From Eledone cirrhosa (Eukaryota): a stretch of 64,000 nucleotides of DNA. The stretch lies in contig OZ024754.1 of assembly GCA_964016885.1 (NCBI GenBank), forward strand, positions 18,290,001 through 18,354,000, read 5' to 3'. Below the pieces are notes generated by a model that searched no databases, was not told the DNA's origin, and saw nothing but the letters and a program-made list of their open reading frames with translations. The number at the start of each line of letters is the position of its first letter. The first letter of the stretch is position 1. A program made the position numbers and the translations under genes. Below are positions 50,195 through 62,562 of the stretch, one piece after another.

Positions 50195-51118
50195 TTAGCA
50201 GAAAAACCACCCTTCCGGTGGTTTTCTGCTAGCATGTGTAGTGTGTATATTGATATTATATGCAGGTATATATACATGTAGATATGATACATCAAATAAA
50301 ATCGTAATTGATAATATATAATATATAGAAATTGAACGAAGACTGCGTTACACTGTCTTATCTAATCAGTAACGTAATCCATGATACATTAAAAAAGACG
50401 ATATTATATATAAGCTGCATTAGGAGAAAATTAGTGACAGAAAATTAGTACGTTTATTTAACCGATGGCCAACCGGAAGTGTTGACATTTCAGAAATTTT
50501 TAAGAAGTCCCGCGCTCCTTACTTTATTATAGTTTAGATGAGTTTAAAAAAAAAAGAGTTAATAAATAAATAAAACGTTATACTTGTTTTACCCTCCCAT
50601 TTCCAGTTAAACCAAAAGCTATCATGACTGTATGTGTGTGTTTGTGTAAATGTATAAGTGTGAATATATGTATGTTTGTGTGAAAGTATATGTGTGAATG
50701 TATGTTTGTGTGAAAGTATGTGTGAATGTATGTATGTTTGTGTGAATTATGTCCATGAAAGTGTATTTTTATAAGTTTGTGTTTGCGCGATTATAGTTAT
50801 ATACTCATAATAGTTATATACTCATACATATAGATGTATGTATGTGCACACTCATACACGTCAGCATGTAGAAAATCATAATCTCTCTCATAACAAACTC
50901 TCTCTTTCTATATGGTAGTTGAAATGGGGGTGGTGGCGACGATATACCGGAAGTGCAATTTTGAAAAGAAGTCAATTTAAAATTATTTATTTTTACGAAA
51001 TTTAGTAGATAAATTATGTAATATTCATTCATTCAAAGTAATCCAACATATTTTACAAACGGGATAAAAAAAATAAACCTTACACAATCCCGCAGACGTT
51101 CCTTTATTATAGTTTAGA
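50195..51118 (-). mobile_element. Non-autonomous Helitron-like element
   Basis: Terminal hairpin TAGCAGAAAAACCACC-CTTCC-GGTGGTTTTCTGCTA; 5'-type end TTTATTATAGTTTAGA|T at 51118, also present at ~50538. Confidence 0.6.
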
Positions 51119-51257
51119 TACATATACATTATATATACATACATTATACATATATATATATAAATATATTATATATATTATATTTATACATATATTATAC
51201 ATATTATATATATATATACATATATTATACATATTATATATATATATATATATTGCC

Positions 51258-54200
51258 ATCATCATCCTCATCATCGTTTAACATCTATCTTCCACGATAG
51301 CATGGGTTAGACGGGAGTTATCCCAATTGAGGCAAGATTGGTCGGGTGATCGTGTCTCACTCGTATAGGACTATCTGGCAGATTTTCTGTAGCTGGATGC
51401 CCTTCCTAACACCAACCACATTTACAGTGTGGACTGGGAACTTTTTACCGTGTTACCTACATGATCTCGATCTCCTTATCTCATTAATTTGGACTGGATG
51501 TTGTGGTACCAACTTTACTGAGAGCGGGTGGTGTTGGTGTGAGTGGGAGGATGGAGTAGGGGTAGTGGATTGGGGTGTATATTTGGTTAAGAGGTGACTA
51601 GTGACTGTAGGTTTCACTTTGTACATAGGAAAGGCGGGTCTTCTGTATTACTGCGTGGCTCCAAAAATCTGGATCCAGTGACATTGTCTTAGAGAGGTGC
51701 AAGTCTGCAAGGTCGAAATTTATCATGTTGTCCCAGGTTTTTCTGGGTCTACTACTTCGTAACTTCCAACAGTTTTGATCACCCTGCACTTTTTTATACA
51801 GCTGTTGTCTTTCATGTGCATCACCTGATTATACCAACGTAGTCTTCTCTCAAGTAAACAGCATCTGATCCCTCTTATTCCTAATTTCTCACTTAGTTCA
51901 TTTATGCTTTGCCGTTTGCGTACACAATGGTCCTCTGCACACAATGCCCATGTCTCACTGCCATGTAGCATTGCTGTTCGTATACAGGCATCATACAATC
52001 TGCCTTTCATTTTTAGTGAGAAATCTTTAGCGGCCAACAGTGGTATAAGCTATCTGAACTTTTTCCATCCCGTTCTGACTGTACTTTCAGAACACCCTGC
52101 ACCACTGCTGATTTTGTCACCCAGGTAACGGAAGGTGTCCACTATTTCTATAGAACCATCTGGGCAGTGGAAGGAGCTAGTATCCTGTGGGCACTTGCTA
52201 CTTATTGCACCTGAGCATCGGCCATATATAAAATCTACATTCTTAGATAGCTTACCTGTGACCCCACTACATCTTTTATGCACCCAAACTTTACATTTGG
52301 GACATAAAATTGAATTTCTGCCTACTCCGTTCCTACACACTGAGGATAGCCATTTCCCAGAGGACACCTGTGCCCTATTTTCCTTTCTATATACTAGATT
52401 ATGTCTTAGACAAGCTAACTTTAAGGCCTTTTGATTCTAGGCCATGCTTCCATGTTTGGAATTTCTACTCTAGTTCAGCCATAGATTCAGCTATGAGAGA
52501 TAGATCATCAGCGTATAGAAGTTCCCATGGGCAGCCGGTCTTAAACTCCTCTGTTATAGGCTGAAGGGCAATAATAAATAGGATGAACACTGACTTTTAG
52601 TCTAAATTCTTCACTATATTCATTGTTAATTCTAACCTTACTGACTGTTTCTTCATACATGGTTTGTATAGCTCTCACAAGCAATTCATCTACACCTAGT
52701 TTTCTAAGAGCCCACCAGATAATGGAGCGGGGGACTTTGTCAAAGGCTTTCTCCAGGCCTACAAAAGCTAAGTAGAGGGGTAAACTTTTAGGAAAAGAGC
52801 GTCTGTGGTACCTAACACAAACCCAAACTGCATTTCATCTAGATCAATTCGATCTCTGATTAAGTGTGCTATAATTCTTTCTGTGACCTTCATGACCTGG
52901 TCAATTAACTTAATACCTTTATAGTTTCCCTATCTAGAGCATCCACTTTACCCTTGTAGCAGTTAATGATGATGCTGCTATGTCAGTCCTTCAGTATGAC
53001 CCCATTCTGTATTACTTGATTTACTATACGGGTGACCGTAGTATGTCCCACCATTCCAGATGCTTTCAACATCTCAGCAACTATCTCCAAAGGCCCAGCT
53101 GCCTTACCTGTCTTCATATCTTTGATTGCCTTACTTATTATACTACCTTTAACTTGCACCGCTGGTCCTTCTATTGGATCGATTTGGGGCAGACTATCTT
53201 TTTCCCATTTATTCTCCTCATTTAATAGTATCTCGTAGTGACACACTTCTCCCCAACAATATCATGGTTTTCCTTGACACATTATCAAGCAACCCTGAAC
53301 AACCTCACGTTGTAGAACATGCTTGAACTTTCTATCCTCTGCTTCCCTTCTTGCAAGGTACACTTGTCTCCTAGATTCTCTCCTGGCCACTTGATAGTGT
53401 TCTCTACTTCCCCCATCCTGCCATACTTTCCAAGCCTGCTGTTTGGCCTTGATTGTCTCCTCCACCTTACTGTTCCACCACCAAGTTACTCTCCTCCTGC
53501 CAATAGGTCTGCTCCAGCCACAGATTTCATCGGTTGCTTTCAGCAGGTTCACTTTCAAGAATTCCCACTGTTCCTCTATATTGTACGTCTCTAATTGCTC
53601 TTCCTTTCAAAAGCATCAAGCACTAAGCTTTTAAATTTGTCACTGGCTGTGGGGTCCTTCAACTTCCATATTCCTCTCCTTAAGGTAATCCTCCTGTTGT
53701 CGAGTACGTCTATTCCTGACTATGAGGTCACTAACTACTAGGTTATGTTGGGAGGTGCATTCTTCATGGGGGAGGGATTTAGTGTTTACAACAGACACTT
53801 TGTCACGTCTTCTAGTAAAGATATAATCTATCAGGCTGGCGTGTTCCCCTGATCTATAGGTGATCAAGTGATTGTCTCGTTTTTTGAAGTTTGTGCTACA
53901 GATAGTAAGGTTATTAGTGTCACAGAATTCCAGGATTCTGAAGCCTTCCTCATTTCTATTACCAAACCCATATCCTCCATGGATTCCATCATAGCCATCA
54001 CTATGTTGTCCAACGTTTAGGTCGCCAGCAATAATTAAGTAGTCGCTGTCGGTCTTTTGGGATGTAGTGTGCATTAGCGACTCATAGAACCTGTCCTTTA
54101 TAATGCGAGGTAGACCAGATTGGGTTGCATAAGCGGATATTATTGTCACAGTAGTTCTATTTAGAACTAGTCTTATTTTAATTATTCTGTCATTCACTCT

Positions 54201-54536
54201 ATTTACGTCAATTACCTTATCTACCCATTTTTAAGCTAACATAATTCCTACTCCACCCAGTCCATTGTCATTTCCCACCCAAAAAAGTCTATAGCATCGT
54301 TTTTTACCCACAATGAATCTAGCAGACCCACCTCTCCACCTAGTCTCTTGAATACAACAAACATCAACTTCTTTACCTTCAATCATCTCTACAACCTCAT
54401 TTGAGCAACCTTTCAATGTGCCTACGTTCATGGTACCAACTCTGAAGTTGGGTAGGTGAAATAGATGGGTTGGAGGTGTGTGGGAGACGGAATTATTTTG
54501 GTCATCCATGTCTGAAACAAAGAGGGGTCCTTGCAT
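51258..54536 (-). mobile_element. Near-full-length decayed RTE LINE, subfamily C (APE-RT-PHD)
   Basis: APE motifs at 53640-54536, WWWN linker, RT with LLYADDL, PHD, C-terminus and 3' UTR; many frameshifts and small deletions. Confidence 0.93.
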
Positions 54537-54925
54537 ACTCGGACGTAAAATAATGATGATGATGATATATGTATATATATATAAGTATATATATATAATC
54601 TTCCAGAAACTTAACTTATATACACTACAAGCGGATTTCGAAGTGATGGTCCAGATTTGTTATATATATATATATATATATATATGGATATATGAGTATG
54701 TATTTTTTCTCATGAGTCAGTTTTTTCGTTGCTACAGATCACGCAGCTGAATTAGTGGTCGCTATCTTCAATTTGCAAAGCCCTTTAAACTGTATTTTAT
54801 TACTCTGAGGTCTGTACCTTGCCAAGTGCTTGGTTGCACTGCTGAAGGCATTCGTCGGCTTAGCTGCGGCTCGAGCTTCGAATATGCTGTACTTTCATTT
54901 GTATGTATATATATATATATATATA

Positions 54926-56143
54926 ATGAAAGCCTTTGACAGAGTCCCCCGTTCCATTATCTGGTGGTCTCTTAGAAAACTAGGTGTTGACGAATGGCTT
55001 GTGAGAGCTATACAAGCCATGTATAAAGAAACAGTCAGTAAGGTTAGAATTAACAACGAATATAGTGAAGAGTTTAGCGTAAAAGTTGGTGTCCATCAGG
55101 GCTCTGTTCTTAGCTCCCTACTATTTATTATTGCCCTTCAGGCTATAACAGAGGAGTTCAAGACCGGCTGCCCATGGGAACTCCTATACGCAGATGATCT
55201 AACGCTCATAGCTGAATCAATGACCGAACTAGAGAAGAAATTCCAAACATGGAAGCACGGCCTAGAATCAAAAGGCCTTAAAATTAACCTGGCTAAGACT
55301 AAAGTTCTAGTTTGTAGGAAAGAAAATAAGGCGGCAGTCCCATCTGGGAAATGGCCATGCTCAGTGTGTAGGAAAGGCGTAGGTAGAAACTCCATTTTAT
55401 GTCCCAAATGCAAAGTATGGGTGCATAAAAGATGTAGTGGGATCACAGGTAAGCTAACTAAGAACATAGATTTTACATGTGGCCGGTGCTCTGGTGCAAT
55501 AAGTAGCAGCAAGTGCCCACAAAATACTAGCTCCTTCAACTGCGCAGAGGGTTCTATAGAAATAGTGGACAGCTTCCGTTACCTGGGTGACAAAATCAGC
55601 AGTGGGGGAGGGTGCTCTGAAAGTACAGTAGCTAGAGTCAGAACTGGATGGAAAAAGTTCAGAGAGCTTATACCACTATTAGCCGCTAGAGGGTTCTCCC
55701 TAAAAATGAAAGGCAGGTTATACGATGCCTGCATACGAACAGCAATGCTGCATGGCAGTGAGACCTGGGCATTGTGTGCAGAGGATATACGCAGACTAGA
55801 GAGGAACGAAGCTTGCATGCTCCGCTGGATGTGCAATAGTAATATACGTGAACGGCAAAGCATAAACGAACTAAGGAAAAAATTAGAAATAAGAGGGATC
55901 AGATGTTATTTACTCGAGAGAAGGCTACGTTGGTATGGTCACGTGATGCGCATGAAAGACGACAGCTGTATAACAAAGTGCAGGGCAATAAAGATAGACG
56001 GTAGCCACGGAGTAGGCAGACCCAGAAAAACATGGAACGAGCTGATAAATTCCGACCTCACACGCTTACACCTCTCCAAGACAATGTCACTGGACCGAGA
56101 CCTTTGGCGGTACTCAGTAATAGAGAAGACCCGCCTTACCTAA
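54926..56143 (+). CDS. RTE ORF2 C-terminal half (RT core, PHD finger, thumb), N-terminally truncated
   Basis: Uninterrupted frame with HQGSVLS, LYADD, C4HC3 and FRYLG; the ATG is fortuitous, so it is probably not expressed as such. Confidence 0.6.
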   Translation: MKAFDRVPRSIIWWSLRKLGVDEWLVRAIQAMYKETVSKVRINNEYSEEFSVKVGVHQGSVLSSLLFIIALQAITEEFKTGCPWELLYADDLTLIAESMTELEKKFQTWKHGLESKGLKINLAKTKVLVCRKENKAAVPSGKWPCSVCRKGVGRNSILCPKCKVWVHKRCSGITGKLTKNIDFTCGRCSGAISSSKCPQNTSSFNCAEGSIEIVDSFRYLGDKISSGGGCSESTVARVRTGWKKFRELIPLLAARGFSLKMKGRLYDACIRTAMLHGSETWALCAEDIRRLERNEACMLRWMCNSNIRERQSINELRKKLEIRGIRCYLLERRLRWYGHVMRMKDDSCITKCRAIKIDGSHGVGRPRKTWNELINSDLTRLHLSKTMSLDRDLWRYSVIEKTRLT

Positions 56144-56650
56144 ATACAAAGTAAAAACCTACTACAGTCAGTAGGCATCTCTATCAAAACACCCCCCCGT
56201 CCCACCACCTCCACCCCATCCACACCGCCCCTTTCAATGTACAGTTATGTTGGTCCCACAACATCCAGGCCGAAACAAATGAGATCGTGTAGGTGTCATG
56301 ACAAAAAACACACAGTCCACGCTGTAAATGTGGCCGTGTAGGCAACACGGTAAAAACCTCCCAGCCCCACACTGTAAATGTGGTTGGTGTTAGGAAGGGC
56401 ATCCAGCTGTAGAAAACCCGCCAGACAGTCCACGCTGTAATGTGGCCGTGTAGGCAACACGGTAAAAACCTCCCAGCCCCACACTGTAAATGTGGTTGGT
56501 GTTAGGAAGGGCATCCAACTGTAGAAAACCCGCCAGACAGTCCTATGCGAGCAAGACAACCACTCTTGCCTCAAGTGGGAAAACCCCCGTCCAAACCCAT
56601 GCAAGCGTGGAACACGGATGCTAAACCTGATGATGATGATGATGATGATG
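54928..56650 (+). mobile_element. 5'-truncated young RTE LINE, subfamily B
   Basis: Starts inside (AT)n at KAFDRVP; open frame to the stop; 3' UTR with duplication; (GAT)n tail. Confidence 0.95.
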
Positions 56651-56753
56651 ATATAATATGTATATATATAATATATATATTTCAGAAGTTTCAGAAGATC
56701 GCGTTAAGGGTGAAAGCAGCGATTCTTTGCTTAAACTTTAATCTGTTATTTTA

Positions 56754-56801
<48 letters not shown>

Positions 56802-56806
<5 letters not shown>

Positions 56807-56906
56807 ATACGAGCGAGAAAACAAATCTTGCCTCAAGTGGGACAACTCCCGTCTAAACCCATGCTAGCGTGGAAGATAGACGTTAAACAATGATGATGAT
56901 GATGAT
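56802..56906 (+). mobile_element. Very short RTE 3' end, subfamily C
   Basis: Matches 50-140; (GAT)n tail; embedded in (AT)n. Confidence 0.75.
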
Positions 56907-57589
56907 ATACAAAATATATATATATATAAAATATATATATATACTTACCAATACAAATAAGTAATGGTATAAACAAAATATACTTAGCTACCACATCAAG
57001 ACGTATATGGTTATGTGTATATGTGGTTTTGGTATTTGTGTGTATATGCATGTTTGCACGTATGTAAGGTGTGTATATGTGTACTTTCTGTTTGGGTTGT
57101 CGTACGTTTAGTGAATATGTGTGTTTATCCGTAGGTATGTGTGTGCGTGCGTTATATACGTATTTATGTGTGTATATTTATATGTTTATATAATTATATG
57201 TATACACACACACACACACATAAAATAAAGTACCAGTAATACACTGGGTAATTTGCTGGCCTTGTGCCAAAAGTAGAAACAATTATTATTGTCTGTTTTA
57301 AAGCGAAGATAATGCACACACACACACACACACACACAACACATTTTTTCATGTGTATTTGGTGTATACGTCTGTATGTGTACAGGTACAGGTGTCACAT
57401 GGGTTTATGTATGTGTGCACGTGTTTATGTGTACATGCTTGTATATGCATGGCGGGTATTTTCGCGTATGCATTCGGTTTCCTAAATAGAATATTAGTCT
57501 ACGACTCCATTTATACCATAACGTGGTTTTGTCTTTGCGTGTAATTGTTCTCATCGCTCCACATAACGATGTATTATCTTCGCTTTTTT

Positions 57590-57850
57590 CCGTTCATTGC
57601 CAGGGAACGTCTCCACGAACTAAAGTATCGTCTTCCTGTTTCACTTCGGTTGCAACGTTTTTCGAAATATTTACTTCTGCGTTCACAGATTGATTTTTTT
57701 AATTTCAGAAGATCCCGTTAAGGGTGAAAGCAGCGATTCTTTGCTTAAACTTTAATCTGTTATTTTAATAAATATTTGCTCTAGCGTTCTTATATACTTG
57801 ATATATATTTATCCTCTTTGGATTTTAGTTTTCAAATTTATTATTATTAC
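57590..57850 (+). mobile_element. Helitron-family internal fragment
   Basis: Reverse complement of ~2670-2980 and ~32860-33040. Confidence 0.7.
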
Positions 57851-57869
57851 TATATATATATATATATAT

Positions 57870-58632
57870 AAGAGAGTATTGAAGTTTGCTTGAAGCATAG
57901 TGGAATAATAAGGTAAATTTCTTTAAGTTGTTTGGAAGCCTCGACAATGCAGATGGGTAAATCTCCGGGTAACAAGATCCGGTGGTGGAGAGAGAGATGT
58001 AAGTGGGTGTACGTTGAGATGCGTGGGTGTATAAGACTGTAGCGTGTAGAGGAATGAAGGGAAGAGCGTAAAGGATAAAAATAAAAATAAAAATAACACG
58101 AGAAAGAGTTACCTTGGGAGAGATTTAATTGAGGAACAAGGCAACAACACACGCACACACACAGTAACATTCACCAAACAGGCAGAGAATGGACTGACAG
58201 CTAGCGCCACCCCACTCCCACAATTGAAAGAACAACTTTGGCCGCTGACCTCTGCCTGACCGACGCCATTTCATGCGCACGCGCGCTTTGCTGAATACCT
58301 CAGATATTCAAAACAACGAACAGCGAAGGACACGTTTCGCACCTTTCCGACAGACAACTCCCCCCCCCCTGAAAAACCCCCAGTTGATGCATGTGAATCC
58401 GAAATATATAGGGACAATTAAATCTCTCCCAAGGTAACTCTATCTTGTGTTGTTATTTTTATTTTTATCCTTTACGCTCTTCCCTTCATTCCTCTACACG
58501 CTACAGTCTTATACACCCACGCATCTCAACGTACACCCACTTACATCTCTCTCTCCACCACCGGATCTTGTTACCCGGAGATTTACCCATCTGCATTGTC
58601 GAGGCTTCCAAACGACTTAAAGAAATTTACCA
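57870..58632. repeat. ~220-bp inverted repeat pair, probable PLE pseudo-LTRs
   Basis: 57911-58131 is mirrored by 58414-58631; both outer ends abut (TA)n. Confidence 0.7.
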
Positions 58633-58989
58633 TATATATATATATAGTGGTAGAACACTGGAAGGTAATATCCGTAGTGGTAGAGCACTCAGTCCGTGGG
58701 ACAAGTTAGGTAGAAGTGGTTACACAACAGTTAGTTCACCAGATCTTCAGCTCATAATGGACATGGTTATACGGAACAGGAAGGACAAACGTACGAATGC
58801 ACGTGCTCAAAAACCAGTCACTTCACACAGGCAATACTAAAATGCGTGTGAGAGGTGTAAGGGAGATAACTGCGAAAGTCCGAAAAGTTTTTAGTTGATA
58901 AGAAAATTATGATATTTTTGTAATGATTCAATCCGGAGCTTTGTAGTTATGCAAAAGGTGTTTCGAGACGTGTAGACAACGCGTGAAGA

Positions 58990-59330
58990 ATGGGTTGGAG
59001 GTGCATGGGGGGGGGGGGGGGTTATGTTATCCTGCCCGCATTTGAAATAAAGAGTAATCCTTGCATTTTCGTCTGGCAACATGAGGTGAATTTATCTTTA
59101 TCTTTGACATTGTCATTGAGTGTCCAGATTCTTCAGACTCTCCAGAATTCTATAGTCCATCTAGCATATCAAAGGCAACCAGGTCTAAACTTAAGGAGTG
59201 AATAGCCGAGGCGGTGGTTTTGTGAAAGAGATTGGTAAGAGAAACATATAAGCCGCTGAATTATGATTGGACCAAATAGTAATGGTAGCGAGTGGGTGCG
59301 GGGGCCTAGTTAGCGAGGTTATTTTTATAA
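58990..59330 (-). mobile_element. RTE 5' end fragment
   Basis: Homologous to 31610-31890 (GAGGTGAATTTATCTTTATCT..CAGGTCTAAACTTAAGGAGT..AAGCCGCTGA). Confidence 0.7.
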
Positions 59331-59443
59331 TATAATCCTACAAATTCGACCATAATTAAAAAGAAAGTATAACAGTAATCAGTGCTTAAATACGAGGATG
59401 GACCAGGAAAACGTGGAGAGACAAGAAACTGATATATATATAA

Positions 59444-59521
<78 letters not shown>

Positions 59522-59843
59522 TTGAAAAAGTGGAGAATAACATGGTCAACAGTACAAAAAAGGGGATTTATTTGCAGTCTAGCAATTGTTTCACTGATAG
59601 AGTTGTCTAAAAATTGCTGAACACTAAAAGCAGTGCCACTCAATTTTAAATACAATTTTAACTCTATTAGATCTTCGGAAACTGTTAAAAATATATATGT
59701 AACCGGCAAATTTACAAATTCAAATTACATCATCAATAATATTATTAATAATAAAGATATAGAGAGAGAAGGAGGAAGAAAGGAAAGGAAGGAGAAAGAA
59801 GAATTGGATCTAATTGGATTACCTATAACGATATTTTGTTATC

Positions 59844-59894
<51 letters not shown>

Positions 59895-60187
59895 TTGGAT
59901 TCATAGAAACCTATCGGAGAAACGAAGATTTGCCTCTGAGACGATCCAGGTTTGTTTTATTAACCTGTTGGTTTTCTCGTTGCTTCGGTGTCGTGGCTGG
60001 GATTGCCTGCCACAGTTTTCAATTTGTCATGCCATCTAACATATGCTATTACTCTGAGAAGATTCCTCATTGAGTGCTTGGCTGCATAATTCCTCATTCT
60101 ATCTCGTTGGCTTGGCTACAGTCGAAGCTTCGATTTTATAAAACTTTCATTTATATTTTATATATATACAGACATTTTATATATATA

Positions 60188-60249
<62 letters not shown>

Positions 60250-60476
60250 GACATTTTATATATATTTTATATATATACAAACAATATATATATATATTAT
60301 TTTTATATATATATATATTGTATTTATATTTCTCATTCTTTCTTCTGATGAAGGACTAGCGTCCAAAACGTTATGACCTTCTTCCTGCTATATCAAGCGT
60401 TAACCTAATATATCCCTTCCATATACTGTACCGATTGTGTTGCTATTTCTGTTTACCTTTTACATACATATATATA

Positions 60477-60715
60477 TCATCGTTTAACGTACATCTTCCA
60501 CGCTAGCATGGGATGTATATATATATATATATATATCATCATCATCATCATCATCATCATCATCGTTTAACGATAATATATATAATATTTATATATATAA
60601 TATATATTTATATATATAATATATATATATATATATAATCATCATCATCATCGTTTAACGTCCATCTTACACGCTAGCATGGGATATATATATATATTAT
60701 ATAATATATATATAT

Positions 60716-60785
<70 letters not shown>

Positions 60786-60838
60786 CATCATCATCATCAT
60801 CACCATTGTTTAACGTCCATCTTCCACGCTAGCATGGA
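60477..60838 (-). repeat. Four ultra-short RTE 3' termini interspersed in (AT)n
   Basis: (CAT)n-GTTTAACGTCCATCTTCCACGCTAGCATGG units at ~60477, ~60540, ~60638 and ~60785. Confidence 0.75.
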
Positions 60839-60861
60839 ATATATATTTATATATATAATAT

Positions 60862-60991
60862 AATTGTTTCTACTTTAGGCACAAGGCCAGCAATTATCCA
60901 GTGCATTACTGGTACTTTATTTTATCGACCCCGTAAGGATGAAAGGCAAAGTCAACCTCGGCGGGATTTGAACTCAGATCGTAAAGGGACG
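60862..60991 (-). mobile_element. SINE, second family, fragment
   Basis: Matches 35083-35199. Confidence 0.75.
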
Positions 60992-61220
60992 TATATAATA
61001 TATATTCATATACATTATATAATATACATATATATATTATATAATATATATTATATATATATTACATAATATATTTATATATATTATATAATATATATAT
61101 ATTTAATATATATATTACATATATATATATGTATATATTTTATATATATATATATGTATATATTTTATATATATATATAATATATATATTTTATATATAT
61201 ATATATAATATATATATATA

Positions 61221-61262
<42 letters not shown>

Positions 61263-61268
61263 TATATA

Positions 61269-61314
<46 letters not shown>

Positions 61315-61634
61315 TAATAAATGAACAGAGAACAAAAAACAGAGAGGCAGTACAAATGAAATATGATATATTATTTATATATATACATATATATGATATA
61401 TATATATAATATATATATTATGTGTTGATATATATAGAGTGAGAGAGAGAGAGATGTAAGGGACAGTCTTTAGAAATAAATTCATCTTAGCCTAACAAAT
61501 TGTCATGAATCTAGTTAAATATCATCCTCTAAGCCAAGAATATGTAGGAGGTGGAAATATAATCTCTTATATACTGCTCTTTGTAAAAAGTAACATTTAT
61601 ATATAGTTTGCAGTTAGAATACATTGATTTTGTA

Positions 61635-61726
<92 letters not shown>

Positions 61727-61730
<4 letters not shown>

Positions 61731-61949
61731 GAACGATCGACTTTCGTCAAATCGGACCGAGGGAACAATGTTTCCGTTGGTCTTTCCAATTGCTAATACT
61801 ATCTATCGGTCGCAACTCCAGGTAGAAGGAGCAACGTGAAAATAAAGTCTCTTGCTCAAGGACATAACGCATCGCCTGGTCCAGGAATTGAACTCACAAC
61901 CTTACGATTGCGAATCCTATTCTCTAACCACTTAGCCACACGCCTTCAC
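61727..61949 (-). mobile_element. tRNA-derived SINE with a third tail type
   Basis: A-box TGGCTAAGTGG, B-box GTTCAATTCC, shared core; unrelated 3' part. Confidence 0.8.
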
Positions 61950-62028
<79 letters not shown>

Positions 62029-62303
62029 TCATCATCATCATCATCATCACTGTTTTATATATATATATATGTATATATATGTATCATCATCATCATCATC
62101 ATCATCAACGTTATGTATATATATATATGTATATATATATATATGTGTATATATATATATATATGTGTATATATATATATATATGTATATATATATCTAC
62201 ATATCTATGTATATATATGTATATATATCTATATGTATGTATATCTATGTATATATATCTCTATGTATATATATCTATATATCTATATATATATGTATAT
62301 ATA

Positions 62304-62385
<82 letters not shown>

Positions 62386-62502
62386 ATGTAGTGTTTTGGA
62401 TGAAGCAGTTTATTACAGAAGAGTAAGGGAAAAGGATAAAAGGTTGAAATAAGAGGAAGAGTATCAAGTTCACAAAGAAAAAAAAACCAAATATGTGCAT
62501 AT

Positions 62503-62562
<60 letters not shown>

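Noticed and set aside
58383-58412. Hammerhead in the 57870-58632 repeat (TTGATGC..GAAATATATA)
   Set aside because: Two core mismatches and poor stems; cannot be supported without a consensus.
26520-62452. Many YIYI-, HTHT- and CVCV-rich ORFs
   Set aside because: Translations of (AT)n, (CA)n and (CAT)n microsatellites.
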